Below are positions 18,716 to 28,731 of a stretch of 64,000 nt of DNA, one piece after another (position 1 is the stretch's first letter; the number at the start of each line of letters is the position of its first letter). The translations under genes were made by a program, and so were the position numbers. This DNA comes from Candidatus Multivoradales bacterium (GTDB lineage Bacteria > Acidobacteriota > Thermoanaerobaculia > Multivoradales > JAHEKO01). The notes under the pieces are model-generated. The model was not told the DNA's origin, ran no database searches, and was given only the letters and a program-made list of their open reading frames with translations. Location of the stretch: the NCBI GenBank assembly GCA_965248055.1, contig CBDFIJ010000004.1, positions 416,001 through 480,000 on the forward strand. Reading direction: 5' to 3'.

Positions 18716-20374
18716 TAAGGCTGCTAACCGGGCTGCTGCAAATTCATCCCCAGCATTCCAGGTCGGATCTTCATCCGCCTCGGCGATATCCAGCCCAATC
18801 AAGAAACCCAACCGGGCGTCTTCGATCATGCCGTCGAAGACCCAATCGTCGACCAACTCATCACTGGGCTGGTGATAGTGGGTCTCGATCCAGGCGTCCA
18901 CCACCTCTTTGCCGTATCCCTCGGGTTGACCGAGGTACTCGGTTCCCGGGTCGAGGTAGAGCGCCGGAACGCCGACCTTGGCAAAGCTAAATTGGTCAGA
19001 ACGGTAGAAGTAGCCCTTGTCGGCGAACTGATCTGGTTTGACCGCCCGACCTTGGGCCTCAGCGTAGCGCTCGACCACTGCATCGAGCGAGGTCTTACCG
19101 TAACCGATATAGGTGATGTCGGAAGTACGACCCCAGATGTTGGCACCGTCAAAGTTCAAGTTGGCGGTCATCCTGGCGGTGGGAATCGGTGGATTTTGCG
19201 CCAGGAATTGCGACCCCAGTAACCCCTGTTCTTCTGCTGCAACAAAGGCAAACAAGATCGAGCGTCGTGGCGCCTCGGAAAGACCGGTGAAAGCCTTGGC
19301 CATCGCCAGCACTGCGGCGGTGCCGCTGGCGTTATCCAACGCACCGTTGTAGATGGTGTCACCGGCGTCATTCGGTTCGCCGACGCCCAAGTGATCGTGA
19401 TGGGCGGTGAACACCACTTGCTTGGCAGCCAATGCCTCATCACGACCCGGCATCAGACCCAGGACGTTGGCGGTTTGCACCGTGCGCACCTCATTGGTGA
19501 TCGCAACCGAGGTCTTAACTCCCAAGGACACCGGCTCGAAATCGATGCTGCGCGCCGACTCGACCAACTGGTCGAGGTCCACCCCAGCGAAGGTAAATAG
19601 CTCGCGTGCGGCATCCTCGGTCACCCAGCCTTTGACCGGCACCCGCGCCTCGCCGGTGGTTGGCAATTCAAACTGTTCGCCAGTCCAGCCAACCTGTACC
19701 ACCTGATATGGGTAGCCGGCGGATGGTGTGGTGTGGATGATGATGGCTCCAGCAGCTCCTACAGCCGCCGCTTGTTCGTACTTGTAGCTCCAGCGTCCGT
19801 AGTACAGCCTGGTCTCGCCGCCGAACAGATCCTCATCCCACTCAGGGTCATTGTTCATGATCACCGCCACCTTGCCGGTCATGTCGACGTCCTTGAAATC
19901 GTCCCAACCGTATTCGGGCGCTTGGATTCCATAGCCGACAAACACTAACTCGGCGTCTTCAATGGCAACCGACTCCTCCTGCAAACCGCCAACCAGCACC
20001 GTGTCGTCCCAAAACTTGAGCGCCAACTCGCCGTCATCGCCACGAACCGTCCAGGTCTCGGGGGCTGCCGAGGTAATACCGACGATGTCAAACTCCTGCA
20101 GCCAAGTTCCGCCAGCGCCACCGGGCTGCAAACCCAGAGCCTGCATCTGATCAACCAAGTAAGTCTGGGTCATCTGGTCGCCTTCACTCCCCGGTCCACG
20201 GCCCTGGTATGCATCGGAAGACAACTCGGCGATATGGCCGCGCATTGTATCCACGTCAATCGCCTCGGATGCGGCGTCAGCGACAGACAACAGGTCGATC
20301 GGTACAGGGGCAGCGCAGGCTCCGGCAAAAGCCGCCACGGTGACAAGGCCAAGTATGGTCATCGAATTTTTCAT
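18695..20374 (-). CDS. M28 family aminopeptidase with PA domain (lipoprotein)
   Basis: Lipobox-like AGAC; TAHHDHLG, NGALDNASG, AEEQGLLGS, YRSDQ, YHQPSDE; start MKNS at 20374. Confidence 0.92.
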   Translation of the reverse strand: MKNSMTILGLVTVAAFAGACAAPVPIDLLSVADAASEAIDVDTMRGHIAELSSDAYQGRGPGSEGDQMTQTYLVDQMQALGLQPGGAGGTWLQEFDIVGITSAAPETWTVRGDDGELALKFWDDTVLVGGLQEESVAIEDAELVFVGYGIQAPEYGWDDFKDVDMTGKVAVIMNNDPEWDEDLFGGETRLYYGRWSYKYEQAAAVGAAGAIIIHTTPSAGYPYQVVQVGWTGEQFELPTTGEARVPVKGWVTEDAARELFTFAGVDLDQLVESARSIDFEPVSLGVKTSVAITNEVRTVQTANVLGLMPGRDEALAAKQVVFTAHHDHLGVGEPNDAGDTIYNGALDNASGTAAVLAMAKAFTGLSEAPRRSILFAFVAAEEQGLLGSQFLAQNPPIPTARMTANLNFDGANIWGRTSDITYIGYGKTSLDAVVERYAEAQGRAVKPDQFADKGYFYRSDQFSFAKVGVPALYLDPGTEYLGQPEGYGKEVVDAWIETHYHQPSDELVDDWVFDGMIEDARLGFLIGLDIAEADEDPTWNAGDEFAAARLAALAALASE

Positions 20375-20619
20375 CGGTTTCTCCTGGTTTGCTGGAATTT
20401 TGAGACGGCGCACTGCTCCAGTCAGAGGTGCACCAGTCAGAGGTCGATTGTAAGGCAAATCACGCTAATTCTGCGCCCTTAGGTGGAATCACGCGATCAC
20501 TGTTGCGAGGAGTGCCGAGGATGAAAACGGAACCGAGAACCGTCAAAGAGCCGCTGGGCTGTACCGTCTTTACTATCACCGTCTTTCTTTCCATCAACAG
20601 GATCTTGCTACCATGCCCT

Positions 20620-21225
20620 ATGCCCTCTCGCTTGGAACAACAAATCGCCTTCATCCTGGAGATTGACCGACTCAAAACCGTGCTGCGGCAGACGGTCGTG
20701 GTTGACCAATCGCGCAGAGAAAATACCGCCGAGCACTCTTGGCATCTGGCGGTGATGGCGATGGTCTTGGCCGAGCACGCCAATCATCCGCCCGACATCC
20801 TCAAAGTCCTCAAGATGGTGCTAGTACACGATATCGTCGAAATCGACGCCGGCGACACCTTCGGCTATGACGACGCTGGCCACGACGACAAAGCCGAGCG
20901 CGAGCAACGGGCTGCCGACCGCTTGTTCTCTCTGCTGCCCGACGATCAAGCCAACGAACTGCGCGCGCTATGGGACGAGTTCGAAGCCCGCGAGACCTCA
21001 GACGCGCGTTTCGCCCTCGCTCTCGACCGACTAAACCCAATCCTGCTCAACCTGGCCACCGATGGGCACAGCTGGAAACGCCATGGCATCACCCGGGAAC
21101 GGGTGGTCGAGCGCAACGACCTGATGGCAGAAGGGTCCGAGGACCTGTGGAGTCATGTGTCGAAGCTATTGGATGAAGCTGAAATCAGCGGTTTATTCGA
21201 CCACCCAGCCAGCGGCCAAGCATGA
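20620..21225 (+). CDS. HD domain protein (HD_3/YfbR-like)
   Basis: RENTAEHSWH, VHDIVEIDAGD, LWDEFE; start MPSR at 20620. Confidence 0.9.
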   Translation: MPSRLEQQIAFILEIDRLKTVLRQTVVVDQSRRENTAEHSWHLAVMAMVLAEHANHPPDILKVLKMVLVHDIVEIDAGDTFGYDDAGHDDKAEREQRAADRLFSLLPDDQANELRALWDEFEARETSDARFALALDRLNPILLNLATDGHSWKRHGITRERVVERNDLMAEGSEDLWSHVSKLLDEAEISGLFDHPASGQA

Positions 21226-21244
21226 CCCCAGCGAGCTGTGAGTT

Positions 21245-21775
21245 ATGACCCCGGGGGCACTAGTCCTGATCGCCTCGCTGTATTTGGCCGTGGCGATTGT
21301 TGTTCTCGGCAAACGAAAGCTCCACTACAGCCACATTCAACACACCATCAGTGAACTCGCAGAGATCGGCTCACCCGTTCAACGGGTGACCGCGTATGGA
21401 GTGTTCCTTCCCGTCGGCTTGCTTCTGGCGCTGGTAGCCTACGAACTCCGCTTTTCCCATGGATCCCAAGCGATCCTCGCGGCTTGCATCGCCGCCGGCT
21501 ATCTTATCGCCGCGTTTTTCCCTTGCGACCCCGGATCACCTATCTCCGGCTCGCTGCGCCAGGCGATTCACAACCTTGGCGGCGCCGTTCAGTACGCCGG
21601 AGGAGCCCTCGCCCTGTTCAGAATCTCGGAGTCGCTGGGGGGGCCGTTTCAAATCGCCGGGCTGGTGGCCGGTATTGCGATGCTCTTACTGTCCTTTCCG
21701 CATCGCTACCGCGGCTTGGTGCAGCGCATTGCGGAGACTTGCCTGTTCGGAGGATTGTTGTTTTCTTTGTGGTAG
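21245..21775 (+). CDS. DUF998-like membrane protein
   Basis: YSHIQHTISELA, FPCDPG, IHN, GLVQR. Confidence 0.75.
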   Translation: MTPGALVLIASLYLAVAIVVLGKRKLHYSHIQHTISELAEIGSPVQRVTAYGVFLPVGLLLALVAYELRFSHGSQAILAACIAAGYLIAAFFPCDPGSPISGSLRQAIHNLGGAVQYAGGALALFRISESLGGPFQIAGLVAGIAMLLLSFPHRYRGLVQRIAETCLFGGLLFSLW

Positions 21776-21907
21776 ATCTCGCTGACACCGACAGAAAGTA
21801 GCGTGAGTACTAGCGCTCAAGCGTCAGTAATCGGAATGGCAAGTATGGGACCACACCTCTCGACGACGGTCCTGGATGTTGCTCAACAATCCCTCGCAGC
21901 AGCCCGA

Positions 21908-22939
21908 TTAGGGCCACGGATCTGGTAGCTGACCGTCTAGGGCCATTCGAAGCTCGCGATCAAAGGCTGGATCGCCTAATTCACTCTTGACGACAGCCGC
22001 AACCCTCTCAGCCTCCGCGTGTCGTTCATTCGCTGCCAGCAGAGCGACCACCACTACCGCGTCATTTCTGTATTTCTTGTTCAGGAAATCAAGAAGTTCC
22101 GGCCTGGAATCACCACTTGCACTAATCTGGCCGGTCCTATCGCGGAGTTCCTGCATCTCTGCAAGTTCCTGGTCAGGATCGATATAGTGGCCACACAACT
22201 CAAACATCCCTACCTTGACCAGAGACGGACGAGCGTAACGAAAGACTTGCCTTGCAACTTCTGAATTTTCTCGATGCAAAGCTTGGAAGACCTCGGCTGT
22301 TATCGACTCTTCGCCCAGTGCCCGGTTGATAGAGGACAGGTCGGAAAACGATTGTGGGACGCCATGTCCGTTCAGGGAATCCTGTTGCGCTTGGTCCCGG
22401 ATGGCGGAAAGTTCAGCCGCTGCGCGCGGATAAACCTTGCCGAGATTGAGCCAATCAGTGAGTGCAAAGGACACACGAACTCCACCCATAGAACGGTCAT
22501 AGCTAAGCGCGTTTTGGTGGAACCAAACGTGCTTTGCTAGGGCCTCTCGATACCTCCCGTTCCTCGCATCGTCCCCTGCTTGGTCGAGGATTGCGGCCGG
22601 ACTGGGGTTCTCCGGTGGTATCCACTCTGTTGTAGGCTGCTTGCACCCAGCAGCTGAAGTCGTGGGATCTGAGCATTGGCAGTAAGGCACAAAACCTGGG
22701 GTGCAGGTCACCGAGGCACTGATCCCGCCACCTGAAGAACCGTTGTTAGATCCGTGAGGTGTGTTTTCCAAACAATGAACTGAACACGAATTCGGCTCCA
22801 GGTTCCGTTCCGGATTGCTGACCACAGTTGCACGATCTGTAGCGCACGAGAGCCCAACGACTGCAAACAAGATCCCCCAACAAACTCCAACCCAGAGCCT
22901 GGGCGCATTAGGTTCGCTGTGGTCCCGCATGACTGGCAC
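21908..22939 (-). CDS. Hypothetical lipoprotein: Cys-rich N-domain plus helical repeat C-domain
   Basis: Hydrophobic signal ending GLSC; six Cys in ~50 aa; helical C-terminal region. Confidence 0.6.
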   Translation of the reverse strand: MPVMRDHSEPNAPRLWVGVCWGILFAVVGLSCATDRATVVSNPERNLEPNSCSVHCLENTPHGSNNGSSGGGISASVTCTPGFVPYCQCSDPTTSAAGCKQPTTEWIPPENPSPAAILDQAGDDARNGRYREALAKHVWFHQNALSYDRSMGGVRVSFALTDWLNLGKVYPRAAAELSAIRDQAQQDSLNGHGVPQSFSDLSSINRALGEESITAEVFQALHRENSEVARQVFRYARPSLVKVGMFELCGHYIDPDQELAEMQELRDRTGQISASGDSRPELLDFLNKKYRNDAVVVVALLAANERHAEAERVAAVVKSELGDPAFDRELRMALDGQLPDPWP

Positions 22940-23020
22940 TCCTTGTCTCCGCGGCTGGAGTTTATCGCACTAGGAATAGAAATCCTTCGCCGAGCCCCGA
23001 GCGCACGCTCCGTATGAAGC

Positions 23021-23050
23021 AAAAAAAAGGGGGGCTTTCGCCCCCCTTTC
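23021..23050 (-). terminator. Rho-independent terminator of TonB-dependent receptor gene
   Basis: Minus strand AAAGGGGGGC-GAAA-GCCCCCC followed by T8. Confidence 0.88.
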
Positions 23051-23074
23051 ATACTCGCTATTGAACGAAATTAG

Positions 23075-26032
23075 TTAGAAGCTGAACCGAACACCCAAGC
23101 GGACGTTACGGAAGTCCTGCCAATCGGCTGGCGTGTTGAACGCAGCGTTGGTTGGCGGACGAGTCGCATCTCCGGGGGTGATCGGAGGAATCTCGGCACC
23201 GGTCTCAGGAACCACCACCGTGTAGACCTCACTGGAGGCGGTGTAGCGGTTGATCCGACCGAGTTCGCCCTGACGATCCAGCAGGTTGAACACCTCGGCG
23301 ATCAAGGTGACCTCCGAGCCATTGTTCAAAGCGAATGGATAGGCGAAGCTAAGATCCACTTCATACTCGGCATCGGAACGACCGAAGGCACCCCGCTCTG
23401 AGAGGTAGAACTCCCAGTTGGAGTAGGCATCCGAGTAGCCCATGGCGGTAATCGGCGTACCATCGCGATAGTAGGCAGAAGCACCAATCGTGAGGCCGTT
23501 TTCGAAGTTGTAGGTACCGTCGAACTTGGCCTGGAAAGGCCGATCGTTCGAAAGTTTCCCGGTGTTGTTGACCGAGAAGTCGAAGTAGTCGAACGCCGAA
23601 TTCAGATTCGGATCCAGCTGACCGGTGGACGCTTGGAACAATCCGTCATAGGAGCCCTCAAGCTCGGAAAAGAGCAACGAGCTGATGAACTGGAAGTTCT
23701 TGGTCGGGCGCTTGGTCAGAGTGACTTCGTAGCCGGTGAACTCGCGGGTGGGAACCGGAACCGGGTGCAACACATCGTTGTAGCCAAAGGCGCCGGCAAT
23801 GTCGAAGTTACCGGTCATCAGGCCACGACCTGGGTTGCCGATGAAGTAGTCACCGTCGGCGGTCAAAGCATCTTCCATGATGTTCTTGAGATCACGGTTG
23901 ATGTATTTAACACCGACAGCCATACCCTTGCTGATCTCATATTCACCACCGAGGACGATCTCCTCGATGTGCTGGCTTTCGGTGCCCGGGTCGACCAACG
24001 AGAAACCGCCGCCAAGAGCGGTCGAACCACGACGCACCGCGGTATCACCCGCGATGTCGGCTGGGTTATCCGAGAAGTTGTAGGCAAACACCGTGATCTC
24101 GCCACCGTAGGAGCGGATGACAATGTCCATCGGAATGGTCTCGTAGAACTTGCCGTAGTGGGCATAGACCTTTGAGCGGCCATTTTTCAACGGATCCCAA
24201 ACTAGGCCAAGCCGCGGGGCGGTACCGTCGTCCAACTTCTGTTGCACTTCACCGTCGGCGTTGAACAAGCTCTGGGTATCGTGACGAACGCCCAAATTCA
24301 GGGTCAAGTTGTCAGCGAGTCTCCAGGTATCTTGGACAAAGAAGGCGTCGTCCTCTGCCTTGGTCTTGACCACCAACGGATCGTTGATGTCAGCCGGCGT
24401 CGCGGTCAAAGGATCGACCGCGTCCGAGGTCACGAAATAGCGATGACGGTAGTAGTAGTCCTGCTCTGGATTGTCGGGGCAGCGGGAGGCACTACAGTTG
24501 AAGCGATAGATCCGCTGTCCACCTGAATTGCGGCCCGCATTGTCGACCGAAATCTCTTCGGTTTCGGCGCCGAACTTGAACTCATGGTCGCCACCAAAGT
24601 CGCTGAGGAACCAGGTCAAGTCAGCACGAATCTGCTCACGACCAAATTTCTGATCCGAGAAGTTTCCGAAACCAGACGAATTGGGAGCTCCTTCCCAACC
24701 CCAAGTTGTGGTGCCGTCACCCAAGGGGTCGGTATTGTCGATGAAGCCCACGAGTTCAGCACCGTCGCCAGAGAAGAAAGACTCTTCCTGGTGGTCGGAG
24801 AGCCGACCCGAGATCAAAACCGTGTCGCTCAGCACCGCGTCATAGTTAAAGGCGAAATCAGGAGCGCCGGTCTCATTGATACCTTCAAAGTGGCTACGCG
24901 GAGCGGCCAAATCGGAACGATTGGCGAAAGCGGCCAAACGACCGGACTGGGTTGAGGAATCATCAAAGAACGAACCCGACAAAGTGTGGGTTGGGTTCAT
25001 TTTCCAAGTCAGCTTGGCGGCAACCAAATCCCGCTCGGTATTGGTGGCAAACTCATCACGAAAACCAGGGGCATTGGGAACAAACGCGGCGAAATTCTCG
25101 ATCGACTCACTGAAAGTGTCGTTGTCGACACGATTGTAGGCCGCGAAATACCACAGCTTGTCCTTGCTGATCGCGCCACCGATATCGAAGCCATAGTCAC
25201 TATCGGTGAAACCGGTGTCGACGGCGGTACCATCAATCTGGCCACCGTTGGCTTCGTCAGCCAGGCTCGACTGAATCGGGTCGTTGTTGTAGAGAAACAC
25301 GTCACCGGTCAGTTCGTTGCCACCGGACTTGGTGACCACGTTGATAATGCCACCGGTGTTGCGGCCATATTCGGCGCCGTATCCAGCGGTTTTGACCTGT
25401 ACTTCTTGGATGAACTCAAAGTTGAGTTGCTTGCCCTGTTGACCGAGCTCAACACCGGTAGTGTTGACACCATCGATGTAGTATGCGTTCTCTGCGCCGG
25501 TCGAACCATAAAAGGTAGCACCCGAAGCGTCTGCTTGGGCTCCCGGGGCAACCTGTGCCGCACTCGCGTAGTTGCGACCGGTGGGCAGATCCTGGAAGAA
25601 GTCCTGAGAAAGGTTGACCCCGGACTCGGTGCTCGCGGTGTTGATCAGCGCACGGTCCGAGCCGGTAACCACTACGGTGTCGGTGAACGAAGAACTCATG
25701 GTCACCGCCAGCGGCAGCTTGCTGGAAATTCCAACTCTCAAGTCCTCCTGAACAACGTCCTGGAAACCATCCAGCGAAAAGGTGACCTGGTAGGCACCAG
25801 GAGGCAATGCAACCAGTCGGAACTGGCCGTTGCCGTCGGCCGCCGCGACCTTCTGGCCCTGCATGGTAGGCGAAGTTGCAGTGGCAGTCACACCTGGTAG
25901 TGCTGTGCCGTTTTCGTCCACCACCCGGCCCTCAATGGAGCCAGTAGCGGACTGCGCAAAGGTGACTGTTGGGACCAATAGTAGAGCCGCTGCGAGCAGC
26001 GCCCAACCAAGTGATCGACTATTTCTCATCAA
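23075..26032 (-). CDS. TonB-dependent receptor (Oar-like, carboxypeptidase-regulatory N-domain)
   Basis: Signal peptide, GSIEGRV..LPGVT, plug GGIINVVTKSG, FVQDTW, C-terminal VRLGVRFSF; GGAGG RBS. Confidence 0.93.
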   Translation of the reverse strand: MMRNSRSLGWALLAAALLLVPTVTFAQSATGSIEGRVVDENGTALPGVTATATSPTMQGQKVAAADGNGQFRLVALPPGAYQVTFSLDGFQDVVQEDLRVGISSKLPLAVTMSSSFTDTVVVTGSDRALINTASTESGVNLSQDFFQDLPTGRNYASAAQVAPGAQADASGATFYGSTGAENAYYIDGVNTTGVELGQQGKQLNFEFIQEVQVKTAGYGAEYGRNTGGIINVVTKSGGNELTGDVFLYNNDPIQSSLADEANGGQIDGTAVDTGFTDSDYGFDIGGAISKDKLWYFAAYNRVDNDTFSESIENFAAFVPNAPGFRDEFATNTERDLVAAKLTWKMNPTHTLSGSFFDDSSTQSGRLAAFANRSDLAAPRSHFEGINETGAPDFAFNYDAVLSDTVLISGRLSDHQEESFFSGDGAELVGFIDNTDPLGDGTTTWGWEGAPNSSGFGNFSDQKFGREQIRADLTWFLSDFGGDHEFKFGAETEEISVDNAGRNSGGQRIYRFNCSASRCPDNPEQDYYYRHRYFVTSDAVDPLTATPADINDPLVVKTKAEDDAFFVQDTWRLADNLTLNLGVRHDTQSLFNADGEVQQKLDDGTAPRLGLVWDPLKNGRSKVYAHYGKFYETIPMDIVIRSYGGEITVFAYNFSDNPADIAGDTAVRRGSTALGGGFSLVDPGTESQHIEEIVLGGEYEISKGMAVGVKYINRDLKNIMEDALTADGDYFIGNPGRGLMTGNFDIAGAFGYNDVLHPVPVPTREFTGYEVTLTKRPTKNFQFISSLLFSELEGSYDGLFQASTGQLDPNLNSAFDYFDFSVNNTGKLSNDRPFQAKFDGTYNFENGLTIGASAYYRDGTPITAMGYSDAYSNWEFYLSERGAFGRSDAEYEVDLSFAYPFALNNGSEVTLIAEVFNLLDRQGELGRINRYTASSEVYTVVVPETGAEIPPITPGDATRPPTNAAFNTPADWQDFRNVRLGVRFSF

Positions 26033-26451
26033 TTGATTCCTCCGGTTTCGTATTTTTGTCTTGGTTGGCTCCTACGCGAGAAATCCCACGAAATGCCAAC
26101 CGCGTCTTACTGTCTCTTGATGCTGCATTTATCAGCATTCATGGCGCATAAATGTGCAAGGGGTGTTCCCGAGAAACGCAAGAAAATACTTCACAATAAT
26201 GAGTAGTACAAGCATGCATGGGTGAGCACGTCCGGCACACCGGAGAGCGGAAAACCGGGAAAAATACCCGCTTTGAGGACCATAGATTATGAACAGAAAC
26301 AGCAAACTTCGAGCGCTGTCAAACGCCATCACGCCCCTACTTCAACGCATTGGATCAAAGATTCGGGCGCTTGAAACCAGACCGAAATCAAGGCCGCCAC
26401 AAACCCAGCCTGAGCCGGTTTTCAAGCCCTCGCTGTGGTGTGCTTCCCTAT

Positions 26452-26922
26452 CTAAAGCGAGGGTTTTCGGTGGAGTACGGCGGTGAGGTGAATCTGCATC
26501 TCCGGCTGGTCGGTCGTTGTGGTTGCCATTTCCACCGAATAGTTCATGCAGTCCCCTTGAATCTCAAAGATTCGGCGACTCTCGACCATCGCTGGGTCGT
26601 TACCTAAGTGCGTGCTCGATACGGTCAAGCGAGTGACGCCGTGATCCGCCACCAATTCTCCTTGCAGAACCTCGACCCGGCCGCCACTTTGGGCGTTAGA
26701 GATTTGGATCATGCCATTGTCCAGGGGTTGGACAAACCCTGACTCCCAATGGCTTGGCCGTTGGGGATCGACGATCGTCGTGCGCTGCTCGTAGTGAAGC
26801 AGCGAGCGCTTCGCGTCGAGCTCGAAACGCAACGTTTCCTGATAGTCAAACGGCTCAATGGTCGGATACTCGCCGTGCCCGGTTCCTTCCCAGCGGCCGA
26901 CAAACGCCTCTAGATCAATCAT
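26452..26922 (-). CDS. FABP/nitrobindin-like (DUF1794) beta-barrel protein
   Basis: GRWEGTGHGEYPTI, HWESGF, MATT...HLTAVL. Confidence 0.85.
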   Translation of the reverse strand: MIDLEAFVGRWEGTGHGEYPTIEPFDYQETLRFELDAKRSLLHYEQRTTIVDPQRPSHWESGFVQPLDNGMIQISNAQSGGRVEVLQGELVADHGVTRLTVSSTHLGNDPAMVESRRIFEIQGDCMNYSVEMATTTTDQPEMQIHLTAVLHRKPSL

Positions 26923-26979
26923 TGGGGTTTCCTTCCTGTTCTTGAGGCTTCAGCGCCCGCAGGAGAAGCCGCCGGAAAG

Positions 26980-27345
26980 TCATATTTCTCGATAGACCGC
27001 AACCGTTCTCTCGTGAACGAGGTCACCGGTATGGGCAACCGTGTCTTTTTCGAACAACAAGACATGCACAGTCTCGTCATCGAGCGTCTTCGGGCAATGC
27101 TCGACCCCCTTGGGAACCACGATCATCTCACCCTCGCCAACAATTTCGGTCCGGTCGCGAAACTGCATGTGCAAGGCCCCCTTGACCACCAGGAAAAGCT
27201 CATCTTCGTCTCGATGAGAGTGCCAGACGAACTCGCCCTGAAGTTTGGCCAGGATCACCATACTATCGTCGACCTGGGCGATTTTGCGCGGATGCCAAGT
27301 GTCTTCGAATTGGGAGAACTTCTGTTTGAGGTTGATCACTTTCAT
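26980..27345 (-). CDS. Cupin domain protein
   Basis: GEFVWHSHRDEDELF, VPKGVEHCP. Confidence 0.9.
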   Translation of the reverse strand: MKVINLKQKFSQFEDTWHPRKIAQVDDSMVILAKLQGEFVWHSHRDEDELFLVVKGALHMQFRDRTEIVGEGEMIVVPKGVEHCPKTLDDETVHVLLFEKDTVAHTGDLVHERTVAVYREI

Positions 27346-27348
27346 CGG

Positions 27349-28422
27349 CTACTCCGTGTCTAAGTTTCCTTTTGCGCGACACCTACCTCGGAACAATATC
27401 CCCGCCTCATAGAGAGTCGTCACGTCGGTGCCCCTCTTCACCCCGCTCGGTCGACTCACCGCGTCCGCCGCAATTGCGATCGCCAACCCGAGAAGGACGA
27501 CCACCCCGCCGACCAGTTCCTGACCGACTATGGAAAAGACAAAGACCTGCACCAACACTACAGTGAGAACGAACTTACCGATCAGAGTGAGAGGTGGGTT
27601 GAGTAATACCGTTAAGCCAACCGTCGAGGCTGGCAGGTGCTGCAACAACCAAGTCCAAATAGTAAACCCCAACACGGTGCAAAGGATACTGAGGTACAAA
27701 ACCGCGAGCCACCCGGTAGCGTCCAGCGCAGCCAGCTCTTCGGTCACCTGGGGAAGAAACGGCAGCATCAAGATGCTGCCGGTCAAGATGCCCGCGTAGC
27801 TCCAAACCAAAGAAGACAATGCTGGTTCGTCAGGGGCTGAAGGCCTCGTTAGATGCTTCGAGAGCACGGTATAGATCGACCACGAAACCGGAGCGAGCAT
27901 CGCCAGGCCAACGACACGGGGATAGACAGAACCACTCCCGCCGCGCGCCAGCGCAATCACCATCACGCCGCAAAAGCCGACACTAATACCCAGCCATTTC
28001 CTCTTGGCAATTCTCTCCTTGAGGAAAAAGTAGGACAGCAAGGCGACCACCAAAGGGACCAAGGTCGTGATCACTGAAAAGCCACCGACGGCGGAAGACC
28101 TCTCTCTTGAGCGCTGTACAAGCTGAGGTTGTAACCAGGAACAACCAGTACTCCACAAAGCAAGAGTGCTGCAGGATGCCGACGGATCATCGCTAGCAGT
28201 TGGCGAAATCGGCGCAACAACAATGTAGCCAGCGATCGGCAGGGAGGCCGTGCCCATACGGGCGATCGTCAGCCCCAGGGGGGACATCCTCGCCATTTCG
28301 CGTTCGTTCCCGAGCAGGTAACTCATGGCGAGGAAACTGGTGCTCCAGATCACGAACAGCGCCACCGTGGCAAAGATCAGAAAACCTCGCGAAGGCTCAG
28401 CGAGTGTGCCCTTCAGAGACAT
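27349..28422 (-). CDS. DMT/EamA family transporter with an internal out-of-frame segment (possible pseudogene or assembly error)
   Basis: Two EamA repeats (IWSTSF, FFLKERI, SWSIYTVLSK, GFTIWTW); codons between ~28224 and ~28077 fit the family only in an alternative frame. Confidence 0.8.
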   Translation of the reverse strand: MSLKGTLAEPSRGFLIFATVALFVIWSTSFLAMSYLLGNEREMARMSPLGLTIARMGTASLPIAGYIVVAPISPTASDDPSASCSTLALWSTGCSWLQPQLVQRSRERSSAVGGFSVITTLVPLVVALLSYFFLKERIAKRKWLGISVGFCGVMVIALARGGSGSVYPRVVGLAMLAPVSWSIYTVLSKHLTRPSAPDEPALSSLVWSYAGILTGSILMLPFLPQVTEELAALDATGWLAVLYLSILCTVLGFTIWTWLLQHLPASTVGLTVLLNPPLTLIGKFVLTVVLVQVFVFSIVGQELVGGVVVLLGLAIAIAADAVSRPSGVKRGTDVTTLYEAGILFRGRCRAKGNLDTE

Positions 28423-28731
28423 CGGCACTCCATCGAGATCCCAGCTGACTTCAATTTTGACGCTGTCGAAATACCGGTCATCGTTGGCAGGGACTCCCCC
28501 AGAGATCTCACGGGCAACCATAGCTGGCTACCCGCAGTTTGGCCGAGGAACGATGACCCAAAAACCATGGGCGCCACCCTGCCACTTTCGCAGCTTTGGG
28601 AAAGACGCTTTCATCCGTTGGGTTGATTGCGTATTGTGACTCATTACCATAGCTTGATACTTGGAGTGCCTCTCGCACCGAGGTCCACCATCGACGGTAT
28701 TACTTGGGATCGAACTCGGAACGGACAGCAG

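Noticed and set aside
24986-25900. 304-aa + strand ORF
   Set aside because: Antisense shadow of the codon-biased TonB-dependent receptor.
28522-28731. Glycine riboswitch upstream of ltaE
   Set aside because: Conserved GGAGA/CCGAAG/CTCAGG elements not found.
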